From a virus, in IMG/VR virus record IMGVR_UViG_3300021964_000017: a stretch of DNA of 64,000 nucleotides. One strand, given 5' to 3'. Under the pieces are notes generated by a model, which worked only from the letters and a program-made list of their open reading frames with translations, was not told where the DNA came from and ran no database searches. Below are positions 28,745 through 38,065 of this stretch, piece after piece. The position numbers and the translations under genes were made by a program. The first letter of the stretch is position 1; each line of letters begins with the position of its first letter.

Positions 28745-29886
28745 TTCTTAACCATCTTCTTTAGTCTGTCTAACTTAGTAGTGACGTTGATGGCGCCCTT
28801 CAGTCTATTGTTAGCTTTTCTTGAACCACTAAACGCATCATCACCTTTGGTTTTGTCCCAATATGATTGCATTGTATCTTTAGAAAGCTCATTAACTGAT
28901 TCTACATAACCTTTATCACCAGGCTTCTTACCGTGGTTCATAACCTTTTTACCCATTGGAGTAAGGTTACCTTTTTTATCATACATTTGATTAACAAGTT
29001 TCTTTTCAGCCGCAGTTAACTCATCGATCTGCTCAACTTCTTCACGGATTTTAACTTTAAACATTTTTTCAACTGTTTGTTTACCCATATGCTTGGCCAT
29101 AACCGTAAGAATCTTTTCATATACTTCAGTGTCCTGACCATCAACAAACTTGATAAGAGCCATTCCTGCTTTGCCAGTAGATAACATCTTAGCTGTTTTC
29201 ATAAAGTCAGCTTTATCTATGCCACCACTTTTCTTTGCATATGAGTTAAGTTCATCTGCAGCCTTTTTCATAGCAGGTGTTGCGGCTTCATTAACTGATT
29301 CTGTTGCAGCTACCTTAGCAGCAGATCCTTTGCCTTGCATTTTACGCAACTTGTCATCAGCTCTCTTCTGTCCGCCAATCCTCTTGTCTTGACGTCTAAC
29401 ATCAAAGACGCTGGCATTACCAGCATCAGCTGTAGACTTTCTCATATAGTTACTAAGAGTCTTAGCTGAAACTTCGTTCACGTCTGATACTTTAGTGCTT
29501 TCTTCCATCTTTTCTGACTCCAAATAGTCTCTGACCGAACGAATATAGTCAGTAGCTTTAGTTACTTTAGATTGAACCCACTCAGGAAGATTATCATCAT
29601 CCTTAACCATTGACATTAACTTTTCGTTAGCAGAACAGATCTGACGAAGTTGACCCTTCATCATTGAGCCCTCTTTATCATACTCTTCTGGATCTTTAGC
29701 TTCATTTTTAGACATAGAACCGGTCTTAACAACACCAGATCGTTTGATCTTGTTAATCAGCTTGAGTTTAGCTAATTGACTATTCTCACTCTTGACAACC
29801 TCTCTATCAACTGGTACCATACGAACTTTAGGTTTTCCATCTGGACCAACATACATCTCGGGTTTTTTATCTGCAGATTGTGTCAT
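28741..29886 (-). CDS. Modular internal head polyprotein
   Basis: Repeated VNE/IDE sites followed by (V/L)S..T...Y; NLPEWVQSK.TKA.DY module. Confidence 0.6.
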   Translation of the reverse strand: MTQSADKKPEMYVGPDGKPKVRMVPVDREVVKSENSQLAKLKLINKIKRSGVVKTGSMSKNEAKDPEEYDKEGSMMKGQLRQICSANEKLMSMVKDDDNLPEWVQSKVTKATDYIRSVRDYLESEKMEESTKVSDVNEVSAKTLSNYMRKSTADAGNASVFDVRRQDKRIGGQKRADDKLRKMQGKGSAAKVAATESVNEAATPAMKKAADELNSYAKKSGGIDKADFMKTAKMLSTGKAGMALIKFVDGQDTEVYEKILTVMAKHMGKQTVEKMFKVKIREEVEQIDELTAAEKKLVNQMYDKKGNLTPMGKKVMNHGKKPGDKGYVESVNELSKDTMQSYWDKTKGDDAFSGSRKANNRLKGAINVTTKLDRLKKMVKK

Positions 29887-31505
29887 TACGCTAGATCCTT
29901 ATCGTGGTTTAAACCACCTTGTTTTTTCTTTCTAATAAACGCGTTTACACGCGCGTGGCCCCACTGTGAGGGTGTTGTACCAGGTCTATGACCTGTCTTC
30001 CATGCAGCAACCCCTCGTTGATAAACTTTCTTTAGAGTGCCTGTTGAAATTCCTGATGCTTTTGATTTGTCTTCAAAAGATGCCTCTTGAACTGAGTTAT
30101 ATCCAATCCCAGTTGATTTTTTCTTCATATAGTCTTTCTGAGAAATTGGAGGTCCACCATATTCTTGCATGTTCTTTTTCTTCGTATCGTTAAGTCTAGC
30201 ACGATCCATCATACTATCGTGTTTCTTCTTGTCGGCTTCTTTCTCACGATCGATCTTGGCTTTTGCCATAGCTACTCGAGAGTCAGCTTCACCCATCATC
30301 TTGCGAACAAATGTTGTATGTTTAGATGGCTTTGTTTTAGCGTTAGCATCACCAGGGGCTGGACCATCTTTATTAGCTTGAAAGTGACGGTCTCTAGCAA
30401 TCTTTGTTGCTTTAGATAAACCTTTGTGATAACGAGCTGGTTGAGAACCTTCTCTGTCTTTAATATCTGGATCCTGCGCTTCTTGTTGACCTGGAGTCAT
30501 CTTACGAGCATGCTTAGCAGAAGCATCTGTGCCCCACTCATACTTGTATTCTTCAACAGTCTTCTTAGCAACTGAAGTAGCAATGGCCATCTTCTTATCC
30601 ATGGGCATATCAGGATTGTCACGCTCAATCGACTTAGCAACCTTCTCACGCTTCTTCAGTTCAGCTGGTGTGAGTGTCTTCTCTTCGATCTTTTCAACAG
30701 CATCTAACCATTGACGAGTCTTGCGGTCGGCAGTCTCAACAATCACATAGTTAGACCCTAGAACAGTTATCGTACCCACTTCATCTGTTTTCTTGATAAT
30801 AACAGATTCGCCCAACTGGAACAATTCTCCTTGCACAAACTTCTCACGAGTCTCTGAAACAGAATCTAATGCAATGTGCCTCTTGAATTCACTAGCTTCG
30901 CGAAGTCCCATTCCTTTACGCACATCATTAAACAAACGCTTTGCATCTGCTGTCGACATTGTCTTAGGAAGACCTTGAGAGAACTTAGTAAAGTCGTTAT
31001 CGGATGCAAAGCCACGTTGTTTAGTGCCAGAAGCACCCTCTGCGCCCTTAGCATCTGGATCTCTTTGTCCTGCAGATACAATCTTAATACCATTATTAAA
31101 GTTGTAAAAACCATGAGCGCCTTTTTTGCCATTGTACTTGTTCAGACGAATATCATACTCTTGTATTCTATCTGATCCTGCAACCATAACCACTTTACGG
31201 AAGCCTTCATCATATAATGCAGATAGCGCATCGAATGGAGTCTTAACCTTCTTATTAATCATTACTGAACGTGCATGCTTTGGAAACATCTTACGCACAT
31301 GTTTGACTTTGTCCTGATACTGCACAGGATTATCTTTTTTGTCGTTAGATTGTGATAGGAACAGTTTGTATGGATTACGACCAGCCACTGATGCTAGCTT
31401 ATCCATAAGTTTGCCATGACCCACAGTTGGAGGATTCATTCTACCAAAGGCAAAATAAACCACTCGATCCTCTTCTACAAGGTATTGGCTAAAAGAATTA
31501 ATCAT
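29886..31505 (-). CDS. HxGH-class nucleotidyltransferase (cytidylyltransferase-like) with modular C-terminus
   Basis: FGRMNPPTVGH, VAGSDR, SAG.RDPD, SGTK.R; CTS-like N-terminus. Confidence 0.8.
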   Translation of the reverse strand: MINSFSQYLVEEDRVVYFAFGRMNPPTVGHGKLMDKLASVAGRNPYKLFLSQSNDKKDNPVQYQDKVKHVRKMFPKHARSVMINKKVKTPFDALSALYDEGFRKVVMVAGSDRIQEYDIRLNKYNGKKGAHGFYNFNNGIKIVSAGQRDPDAKGAEGASGTKQRGFASDNDFTKFSQGLPKTMSTADAKRLFNDVRKGMGLREASEFKRHIALDSVSETREKFVQGELFQLGESVIIKKTDEVGTITVLGSNYVIVETADRKTRQWLDAVEKIEEKTLTPAELKKREKVAKSIERDNPDMPMDKKMAIATSVAKKTVEEYKYEWGTDASAKHARKMTPGQQEAQDPDIKDREGSQPARYHKGLSKATKIARDRHFQANKDGPAPGDANAKTKPSKHTTFVRKMMGEADSRVAMAKAKIDREKEADKKKHDSMMDRARLNDTKKKNMQEYGGPPISQKDYMKKKSTGIGYNSVQEASFEDKSKASGISTGTLKKVYQRGVAAWKTGHRPGTTPSQWGHARVNAFIRKKKQGGLNHDKDLA

Positions 31506-31965
31506 TTTTTGTATTTGCTCTATCTAGTGAAGCGTTCGATTTACCACGTTTACGCTCTTGTTCAAGTTTACGCATCTTAGGAAGTAGCTTCTTTGCAATT
31601 CTATCGATACGCGGCTTGAGCTTATCTAGTCTCTTTTCTATCTCTTGTTTTCTTGCAAATGATAGATCAGAATAATTACCTTTGGCGAGCTTTTTAGCAA
31701 TCATGTTACGTGCCTGCTTTTGAGCACGACGTTTCAGCCGCTTAGGATCTGCTGTCCTACGAGCGGCCTTTTCTTTACCTATTTTGATGCGGGATGCATA
31801 TTTCTTCATCTGGCGAGAACGCTTCATTCTCTGCTGCAGAGTCAGCGCTTCGTCAACGTCACTATCTTCTACTTTACGTTTCTTAGCATTGTACTTGACT
31901 TGATCAGGCTCACCAGGAGCTAAATCTACGTTTAGATAGTCTTTAAAATTTAGTTTCTTAACCAT
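31498..31965 (-). CDS. Highly basic late protein
   Basis: VDE|ALTLQQRMKR; Arg/Lys-rich helices. Confidence 0.6.
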   Translation of the reverse strand: MVKKLNFKDYLNVDLAPGEPDQVKYNAKKRKVEDSDVDEALTLQQRMKRSRQMKKYASRIKIGKEKAARRTADPKRLKRRAQKQARNMIAKKLAKGNYSDLSFARKQEIEKRLDKLKPRIDRIAKKLLPKMRKLEQERKRGKSNASLDRANTKND

Positions 31966-33206
31966 TAGCTTCTTCCTGGCTTATCCCATCCCTTTAATAT
32001 ATCAGGCGAAAAGTTGTTGTATGAGAATTCCATTCTATCAACAATCTTTACAGCGTCACCACCAATTTTATCAATTGCAACGTAACCTTCTTCTCCAGTT
32101 ACCTTGTATCCATTCCGTGTTCTAACAAAAGTCTTAACATTCGCTAGTTTGTTGAGAGTATTTATAAGTTTTAGTTTGGCCAATACAATAACTTTTTGTA
32201 GGTCAAACATCTTAATTAACCCCACTCTATTCTTATTTGAAAAGAATTCTAATAGAGCGTCTAGCTTCTGCTTCTGAGCTGTCTTCCCTCGTTCCGTCTT
32301 ACGTGAATCGATCTCTCGTTGATATCGCGCTGTGATCCAACGTATGAGGCCAGATACGTGTCGTTTTGTATCTCCGATGACCTCTCCTTTTCGGACAAAT
32401 GAGTTGTTGTATGTTTCGATGTGCTGAGCGAGTTGAGCATTGGATTCCAGTTCTCTAAGAGTTGATCCGGAAATTTGGTTAAATAGTTTGCCAGCTTGTG
32501 ATAGGTATTCATTAACAACTTCAGTGTCCTTTTTGCTCATAGTAGCTTTGGTTAAATCACGAAGCATTGCGTCTTGCGACCACACCGACTTCGAAGTCTT
32601 TAGTTTAGATACATCTACTCCATAACTTGCTTTAAGGGAGGCAAAATCTCCACCTCTATTGGATCCGGTATAAGTTGTGTGCCACACGATTCCAATTTTA
32701 GCCGCTTTGATTGCTCTCGCAGCATCAGACTCTGCAGGAACAGCATAAACGATAGTATTAGGATGGAAGGTAAGATAATTTTCGCCATTAATTTTTTTCT
32801 TTTTTACATCTCCAGGACCAAACAAGAAATCGCCTTGGATTACACCTTTGATTCCTAGCTTAGGCAATTCTCTTAAAGCTAGCTTTAATTTATCTGCTAG
32901 ATCGCCACTTGTATCATCATCAACTTCACTAGCTGTTTTGTACACTTTTGGATTCTTATTAAAGATACCCTTTTTAGCAACAAAGAATTGACCATCGGAG
33001 GGATCGGTTCCTGCAAAGACAGCTGGAGCGCCATCCCATTTAACAGAGACACTACCATCATGCTGACCCTTTAACATATCACGTAAAGAGCGCAACGCAA
33101 GAATAGCTTGTCGCGTACCTTTGACACCACCATAGATAACTTTATCTTCGATGTGAGTCATGTGTGTATTCTTCTGCTCTGAGAGTGTCTCAGTAAAACT
33201 TAACAT
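31965..33206 (-). CDS. Ligase-like covalent nucleotidyltransferase (DUF6267-like)
   Basis: SVKWDGAPA (motif I), QGD, EGYV (motif IV), VKIVDR (motif V); CTS-like MLSFTETLSE. Confidence 0.7.
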   Translation of the reverse strand: MLSFTETLSEQKNTHMTHIEDKVIYGGVKGTRQAILALRSLRDMLKGQHDGSVSVKWDGAPAVFAGTDPSDGQFFVAKKGIFNKNPKVYKTASEVDDDTSGDLADKLKLALRELPKLGIKGVIQGDFLFGPGDVKKKKINGENYLTFHPNTIVYAVPAESDAARAIKAAKIGIVWHTTYTGSNRGGDFASLKASYGVDVSKLKTSKSVWSQDAMLRDLTKATMSKKDTEVVNEYLSQAGKLFNQISGSTLRELESNAQLAQHIETYNNSFVRKGEVIGDTKRHVSGLIRWITARYQREIDSRKTERGKTAQKQKLDALLEFFSNKNRVGLIKMFDLQKVIVLAKLKLINTLNKLANVKTFVRTRNGYKVTGEEGYVAIDKIGGDAVKIVDRMEFSYNNFSPDILKGWDKPGRS

Positions 33207-33208
33207 AA

Positions 33209-33991
33209 TTAATTCTCCAAGAACAATTTTTGAATACCTTGGACAGTATCAATTGTGTGTTTTGATTTACCCTTAGTTCTTAGACGACCCTGAAAACGAA
33301 GTCCAGCTGTGCGGGTTTCAGTGCCATCAGGGAACCTACCTTTTGTTCCAGAATACGCAAGACGTATCTCCACTTGGATCTCACCTTTGAGGCGAGGGAC
33401 AGGTAGATTGTAAATGTTATTACCCAGATAGAAAAGACCAGCTTTACCAATCTGGATATAGTACACACCCTTCTTGTTGTAGTGCTTTTCAATGAATCTT
33501 GCGTCAGTAATTACTTTTGTGTTGATGTCTTTGAGCAAGCCTTTTGCTTTTAGCTCGTCACGACCAGCCTTCGATACTTTAATCGGAACACCAGAAATGT
33601 CTTTATGATACTTGACTGGATCTAACTTTTGAGCAGCCTTGATGTAATTGTCAAGAGCTTTTGTTTTGTCCTTTACAGCGGAAAGTAGAAGCTCTTCGTC
33701 GGCAGGATCCATCTTCTTTGCAGCAGTAAATTTCTTACTACGCATATCATATATAAAAGACCCACCACCCATTTGATCATCAGGAGATAGCTTAACTTCA
33801 ATATTAAATGGCTTGCCATTGAGCGTACCTTCAATATCACCAGCACCAACATTTGAGAAACCAGCAGATGGTTTGTCTCCAGGTGTGAAGAAATCAACTC
33901 CAGATTGCTGAATAGCTTTATAGATTTTCAGCTCATAATCTAAACCCTTTTGACCTGAAACCATTTCTCGTACTTCCCTAAACGTCTTCAT
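33209..33991 (-). CDS. PD-(D/E)xK nuclease-like protein
   Basis: YE, GDI...IEVK, YYIQIG.GLF; CTS-like MKTFREVRE. Confidence 0.6.
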   Translation of the reverse strand: MKTFREVREMVSGQKGLDYELKIYKAIQQSGVDFFTPGDKPSAGFSNVGAGDIEGTLNGKPFNIEVKLSPDDQMGGGSFIYDMRSKKFTAAKKMDPADEELLLSAVKDKTKALDNYIKAAQKLDPVKYHKDISGVPIKVSKAGRDELKAKGLLKDINTKVITDARFIEKHYNKKGVYYIQIGKAGLFYLGNNIYNLPVPRLKGEIQVEIRLAYSGTKGRFPDGTETRTAGLRFQGRLRTKGKSKHTIDTVQGIQKLFLEN

Positions 33992-34018
33992 ACTGACCCC
34001 ATATGATATCTTTTCTTC

Positions 34019-34026
34019 TATTTATA
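34019..34026 (-). promoter_or_regulatory. T4 late promoter TATAAATA for the 24.8-34 kb operon
   Basis: Exact consensus. Confidence 0.8.
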
Positions 34027-34029
34027 AAG

Positions 34030-34051
34030 AAAAAAGAGGCCGCGACCTCTT
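34030..34051 (-). terminator. Rho-independent terminator
   Basis: AAGAGG-TCGCGG-CCTCTT followed by a U-run. Confidence 0.65.
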
Positions 34052-34078
34052 GACAGTTTGCAAAATACTGTGTATAAT
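34050..34078 (+). promoter_or_regulatory. Perfect sigma70 promoter TTGACA-17-TATAAT, antisense to the adjacent genes
   Basis: Exact consensus hexamers and spacing. Confidence 0.65.
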
Positions 34079-34108
34079 AAAGGGGCCTCCTTTGCGGTGG
34101 GCAGTATA

Positions 34109-34291
34109 TTATAATTGGCGAACATAGACTTTTTTACCTATCTTCTCTGCCTTATATTGATATTGCTCGAATCCAGAATCACGAAGATCTCGATTAGTAT
34201 TCTTTACCATGTTACTGACAAATAAAAAGTCATCAGATGACTCAATCATCCCCACTAGATCCGGATCGTTCTTGTCGTTGATAAGCTTCAT
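34109..34291 (-). CDS. Small hypothetical protein
   Basis: RBS; 60 aa. Confidence 0.5.
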   Translation of the reverse strand: MKLINDKNDPDLVGMIESSDDFLFVSNMVKNTNRDLRDSGFEQYQYKAEKIGKKVYVRQL

Positions 34292-34419
34292 CTTCTTCCC
34301 TCAATCTCCTAAGTATATAGTTGTGGTAGCGCTCCTGATTGCTATCTTTATCATTGATATTGTTAACAGCCTCGAAGGACGGGTAGCCCCTCTCGAATAC
34401 TGGGGCTACCCGATCACTA

Positions 34420-35388
34420 TCATGCTGCATTAGCATACTCCACAGCTTTGTTGACAGCAACCAGCTTACGAGCTTGGTTTTGACCAAACCACGCAGACTG
34501 CATACGAGACTCTGCATTACGACCCATCTGGTGATCGGTCATGTAAGTTACAGAGTTAAGAGCCTGCCACCAAGAACCCTCACCCAGCTGGGCACCAGGC
34601 TGTGTGTAGAGAACATCCATAGCAGCCTTAGCATTCTTAGTCAAGTCTTCAGCGACTTTCACTTCCTTGCCTTTGCTATAAGTGTGGGGGAATACATCGT
34701 TGTAGTAGTTGATCAACGACTCTACTGAGAAACGCTTTGTGCTCAAGAACTCAGCCATCTCTTTGTATTGAGCAAACTTCTCGTGAGCAATACCCATCTG
34801 CTCTTTAACCATATCTGGGTTGAAGACAGAACGGTGGTTCAACTTAACAGCGTTCTTAGACTTGGCTTCCAATGAGAATGTAAGAGTGTTGTTGCATACA
34901 ACGCGGATAGGAGTAAAGCGAACATCAATAGCTTTACCATACTCGTGTGGGTTAGAGAACAACAAATATGAATCGACTTGGTCTTCGCCAAGGATAGTAA
35001 ATGATTCTTTTACTTTGGCAAGAGCAAACACATTCTTACCACCTTTCAAAGAACCTGCTGTGTGCATTTCCATGTCACCAGCCAGCACATACTCTGAGAA
35101 GAATTCAAACGCTTCTGAGTTCTGTACAGGGTTCCAACCCTTTCCAACATTGGTAAGGATCTTGCCATCGGTAGAGCGAACCAACGACTTCTGACCAGTA
35201 GGTACCTGCTCACCGTTGAAGTTGATGTATGATTCGACTTCTTCGACAGTCCAATCCAGACCAGCTTTCTGCTGCATCTGAGCTGGTGTCAGATCATTAG
35301 ATACTTCTGTACCAAGACCATGCCAAGGTGTTGCGCCTGCATAAGCCATTTGAGCTACACCGTTTACGATTTCTACTTCATGTGCCAT
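34420..35388 (-). CDS. DUF932 (DUF945) family protein
   Basis: MAH, PWHGLG, AGLDW, TAGSL.GG, TPIRVVCNNT, G.WW.A.N.VT..DH. Confidence 0.88.
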   Translation of the reverse strand: MAHEVEIVNGVAQMAYAGATPWHGLGTEVSNDLTPAQMQQKAGLDWTVEEVESYINFNGEQVPTGQKSLVRSTDGKILTNVGKGWNPVQNSEAFEFFSEYVLAGDMEMHTAGSLKGGKNVFALAKVKESFTILGEDQVDSYLLFSNPHEYGKAIDVRFTPIRVVCNNTLTFSLEAKSKNAVKLNHRSVFNPDMVKEQMGIAHEKFAQYKEMAEFLSTKRFSVESLINYYNDVFPHTYSKGKEVKVAEDLTKNAKAAMDVLYTQPGAQLGEGSWWQALNSVTYMTDHQMGRNAESRMQSAWFGQNQARKLVAVNKAVEYANAA

Positions 35389-35421
35389 TTTCACTTCTCC
35401 ATTATTTAATCTTTATACCTT

Positions 35422-35456
35422 AACATACATCAGTCTGAAGGTAAAGTCAACAGCTA
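35422..35456 (-). promoter_or_regulatory. Early promoter (TTGACT-17-TATGTT)
   Basis: Repeated motif. Confidence 0.7.
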
Positions 35457-35457
35457 A

Positions 35458-35865
35458 TTACGCTGCGCACATATCTTTATACTCAACAACAGCAGCTAGA
35501 TCTTTAACTAGCCGCTTACCATAATCAGTAAACAAGATACCTTGCTCCCAAACAAAGTGTTCGACATCTTGAATGTGATAGAAGGTTTCAGTACCTACTA
35601 TCCAGAGAAGAGCGTTGGTGTAGTTGCCAGCACCAAGCTCGATAACATCCTGAACACGAGCTTGAAAGCGAGCTACTGCTTTGACTTCTTGTTCTTTTTC
35701 AAACTTATTGTTAACCTCAAGCTCCTCACAGAGTTCATCCCAACGAGCTTGCTTCTGGGCAGGGTCCATAGAATCCCAGTTCTCCATGATAATACCGCGA
35801 GGACGAAATCCATAAACATCTTTATGAAGATCTGAGAAGCAATCGTCTGAATAAGTAAATGTCAT
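35458..35865 (-). CDS. Early hypothetical protein
   Basis: SDLHKDVYGFRPR motif; promoter TTGACC-17-TATAAA at 35891-35919. Confidence 0.7.
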   Translation of the reverse strand: MTFTYSDDCFSDLHKDVYGFRPRGIIMENWDSMDPAQKQARWDELCEELEVNNKFEKEQEVKAVARFQARVQDVIELGAGNYTNALLWIVGTETFYHIQDVEHFVWEQGILFTDYGKRLVKDLAAVVEYKDMCAA

Positions 35866-35931
35866 TTTTTTTTTCTCCTTCTATACCCCCTTTATACATC
35901 ATAGTGATACTAAGGTCAACAGTTAATTGAA

Positions 35932-36082
35932 ACTATTTTATACATACGCCCGAGTTAGTATCTCCAATCTCTCCGCGCGGCCTTATTGACATTGCCGCTC
36001 TAGTTCGATTGAAACTAACATCTCTTTCGAGATAGTGCTTTTAGGTAGCCTGCCCTCTACACAGACGTATGTATGAAATAGT
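35932..36082 (-). ncRNA. Candidate structured non-coding RNA (~150 nt)
   Basis: About 20-bp closing stem with G-U pairs enclosing three hairpins, one with a GAAA tetraloop. Confidence 0.5.
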
Positions 36083-36090
36083 CTCCTTAG

Positions 36091-36506
36091 TTAGGGTAAC
36101 TGAACCATTTCAATCTTAGCAAAACGATTAGTATCACGAAGACGCTTGAAAAACTTATCAGCATGAGCATGACTAAGACCACTTGCAAATTCAGCTAACT
36201 GGTAATAACCAGCGTTGAATGTGTAAGCATTAATTGTCCAAGATGTATTATTCATGATGTATTCCTTTTCATTTGATAACTTAATGTACCTCATTGTGGA
36301 ACAGAAGTCAACAGTTAATTGTATGCTTCGGCCATCATTGCATCAACTTCTCTCAATTCTTTAATTCGTTTCACCATCACATAATCTGGATTTTCTCTCT
36401 TACTCATCCAATATTTGTACAATATCCCATTATGTGTTTCTTTGTCAGGAGCATACTCTTCTCTCAGAGCGTCTAATTGAGATTTTCTTTTTCTAGCAAT
36501 AGTCAT
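36091..36506 (-). CDS. Two small early genes (36091-~36255, 36315-36506), each with its own early promoter (36283-36311, 36532-36560)
   Basis: Promoter-RBS-ORF cassettes. Confidence 0.55.
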
Positions 36507-36563
36507 TACACTTCTCCTTATGTGAACACTAATAGTACATCGTAGTCAAACTCAGGTCAACAG

Positions 36564-37151
36564 TTAAGTTAGCATTTCGTAGATTTCTTTCCAACCTTTT
36601 ACAATAGGAATATCATCATTGACATAATTCATATTATGACCATGTTCAACCAGAATTGATTGCAGACCCAACCGCTGACCAAGCTCAGCATTCTCGATCT
36701 TATCTTCAATCCAGAATAGACCTGAACCTTCGTAAGGAGCAAGAGCTTCATCTTTATCAGCACCTGTGCCAATACAAAGAACATCTTCAAACACAGTAGG
36801 TCCAAAGAGCTTACTGAGATTCTCTTCACGCAACTTTGCAGCTGCTGGATCAGTTGATAGGGAGGTTATTGCACGGAACACATATCCATGCTTGCGATGT
36901 AGCAGATCTACATAGTACATTGCATCTCGCAATGGAGGTAAGAATCCAATAGCAGCTGATTCGTTAAAGAACCGTACTAACTCTTTACCTTTTGAGTATG
37001 GAATACCATAGCGGTCAGATATATCATAATCTGAAGCTGTAGTGTTTAGCTTATAGCCATGCTGTTCCATCCAGCATTTAAAAGCGTACTCCCAATTAAG
37101 AAGTACACCATCAACATCCGTTAGGATTACTTTATTCGTATTAATGATCAA
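36564..37151 (-). CDS. HAD-family phosphatase/nucleotidase
   Basis: DVDGVL, ITS, K, WIED; early promoter at 37180-37208. Confidence 0.8.
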   Translation of the reverse strand: MIINTNKVILTDVDGVLLNWEYAFKCWMEQHGYKLNTTASDYDISDRYGIPYSKGKELVRFFNESAAIGFLPPLRDAMYYVDLLHRKHGYVFRAITSLSTDPAAAKLREENLSKLFGPTVFEDVLCIGTGADKDEALAPYEGSGLFWIEDKIENAELGQRLGLQSILVEHGHNMNYVNDDIPIVKGWKEIYEMLT

Positions 37152-37454
37152 CTTTGATCTCCTTTATAAGTTATGCCCCCTTATAGCACATTCTTATACT
37201 GAAGTCAACAGCTAATCGTAACCAAGGACAGCAACTTTAGATATTTCTTCGTCTTCTCTATCTCTCCACGCAGATGAAAATCCACTTTCGCTAACACAGT
37301 TTTCGTGATTGCCCCAGATGCGTTTCATATACGATTCGTATATTTCTTCTACATCTTTGTCGGACCATGATTGGGGGATTAATGAACCTTTTACTATCCA
37401 GTAAAAACGATTGGCTTGCTTACGCACATATGGTGAACACACATATAATACTCC

Positions 37455-37462
37455 TATAAATA
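37455..37462 (+). promoter_or_regulatory. T4 late promoter TATAAATA heading the rightward oxygenase operon
   Basis: Exact consensus. Confidence 0.7.
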
Positions 37463-37537
37463 GATACTTATACTCTGTTAGCGCTAACAATGTTTAGCAA
37501 AACAAAACTTTTGGCAAATACACAGTTGGGATGATTA

Positions 37538-38026
37538 ATGAAATGGTTTGATGTAGATATGAATTTACGCGATGAAGATGTAGAATGGATAAATAATATT
37601 GGTGATAATATTAATAAACCTAAATGGTCTATAAGATCGTACAAACTAAATAAGGAAGAACTCAAAAGAATATCTTATATTACTGAGCAGATTAAAGTAA
37701 AACCTTCCTATGTTGTTATAATGATGGTTCCCGCAAATAGTATATGTGAAACTCATGTAGATCACAAGGCTGGTATGGGTATGAGACAACGTATAACAGC
37801 GATTAACATACCAGTTCAAGTACATCAGACTAGTGCTTTTCAATATATGAAGGGGATTGAAAGCCCACAGATTTTAGAGGAAGTATATCTTGACAGAGCA
37901 AAGTGTTGGAGAGTTGATAAACCCCATCGAGTAGATAATTCTCAAAGTCCTTTTAACAGAGTTGTTCTCAGCTTATCATATACGGAAAGCATAGATCAAA
38001 TATATAATTCCTTATCAAGCCGCTGA
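37538..38026 (+). CDS. Cupin Fe(II)/2OG oxygenase-like protein
   Basis: THVD...AINIP...PHRVDN...RVVLS (HxD, H, RxS). Confidence 0.7.
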   Translation: MKWFDVDMNLRDEDVEWINNIGDNINKPKWSIRSYKLNKEELKRISYITEQIKVKPSYVVIMMVPANSICETHVDHKAGMGMRQRITAINIPVQVHQTSAFQYMKGIESPQILEEVYLDRAKCWRVDKPHRVDNSQSPFNRVVLSLSYTESIDQIYNSLSSR

Positions 38027-38065
38027 GCTAAATACAGTGTGGACTCAGGATAGAGAACAGGTTGC

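Noticed and set aside
34380-34412. 11-bp perfect inverted repeat after DUF932 as a mobile-element end
   Set aside because: It is a single hairpin directly after a stop codon, better explained as a terminator or processing stem.
34209-34433. + strand 74-aa ORF as the target of the consensus promoter at 34050
   Set aside because: It has no RBS, overlaps minus-strand genes and has no recognisable features.
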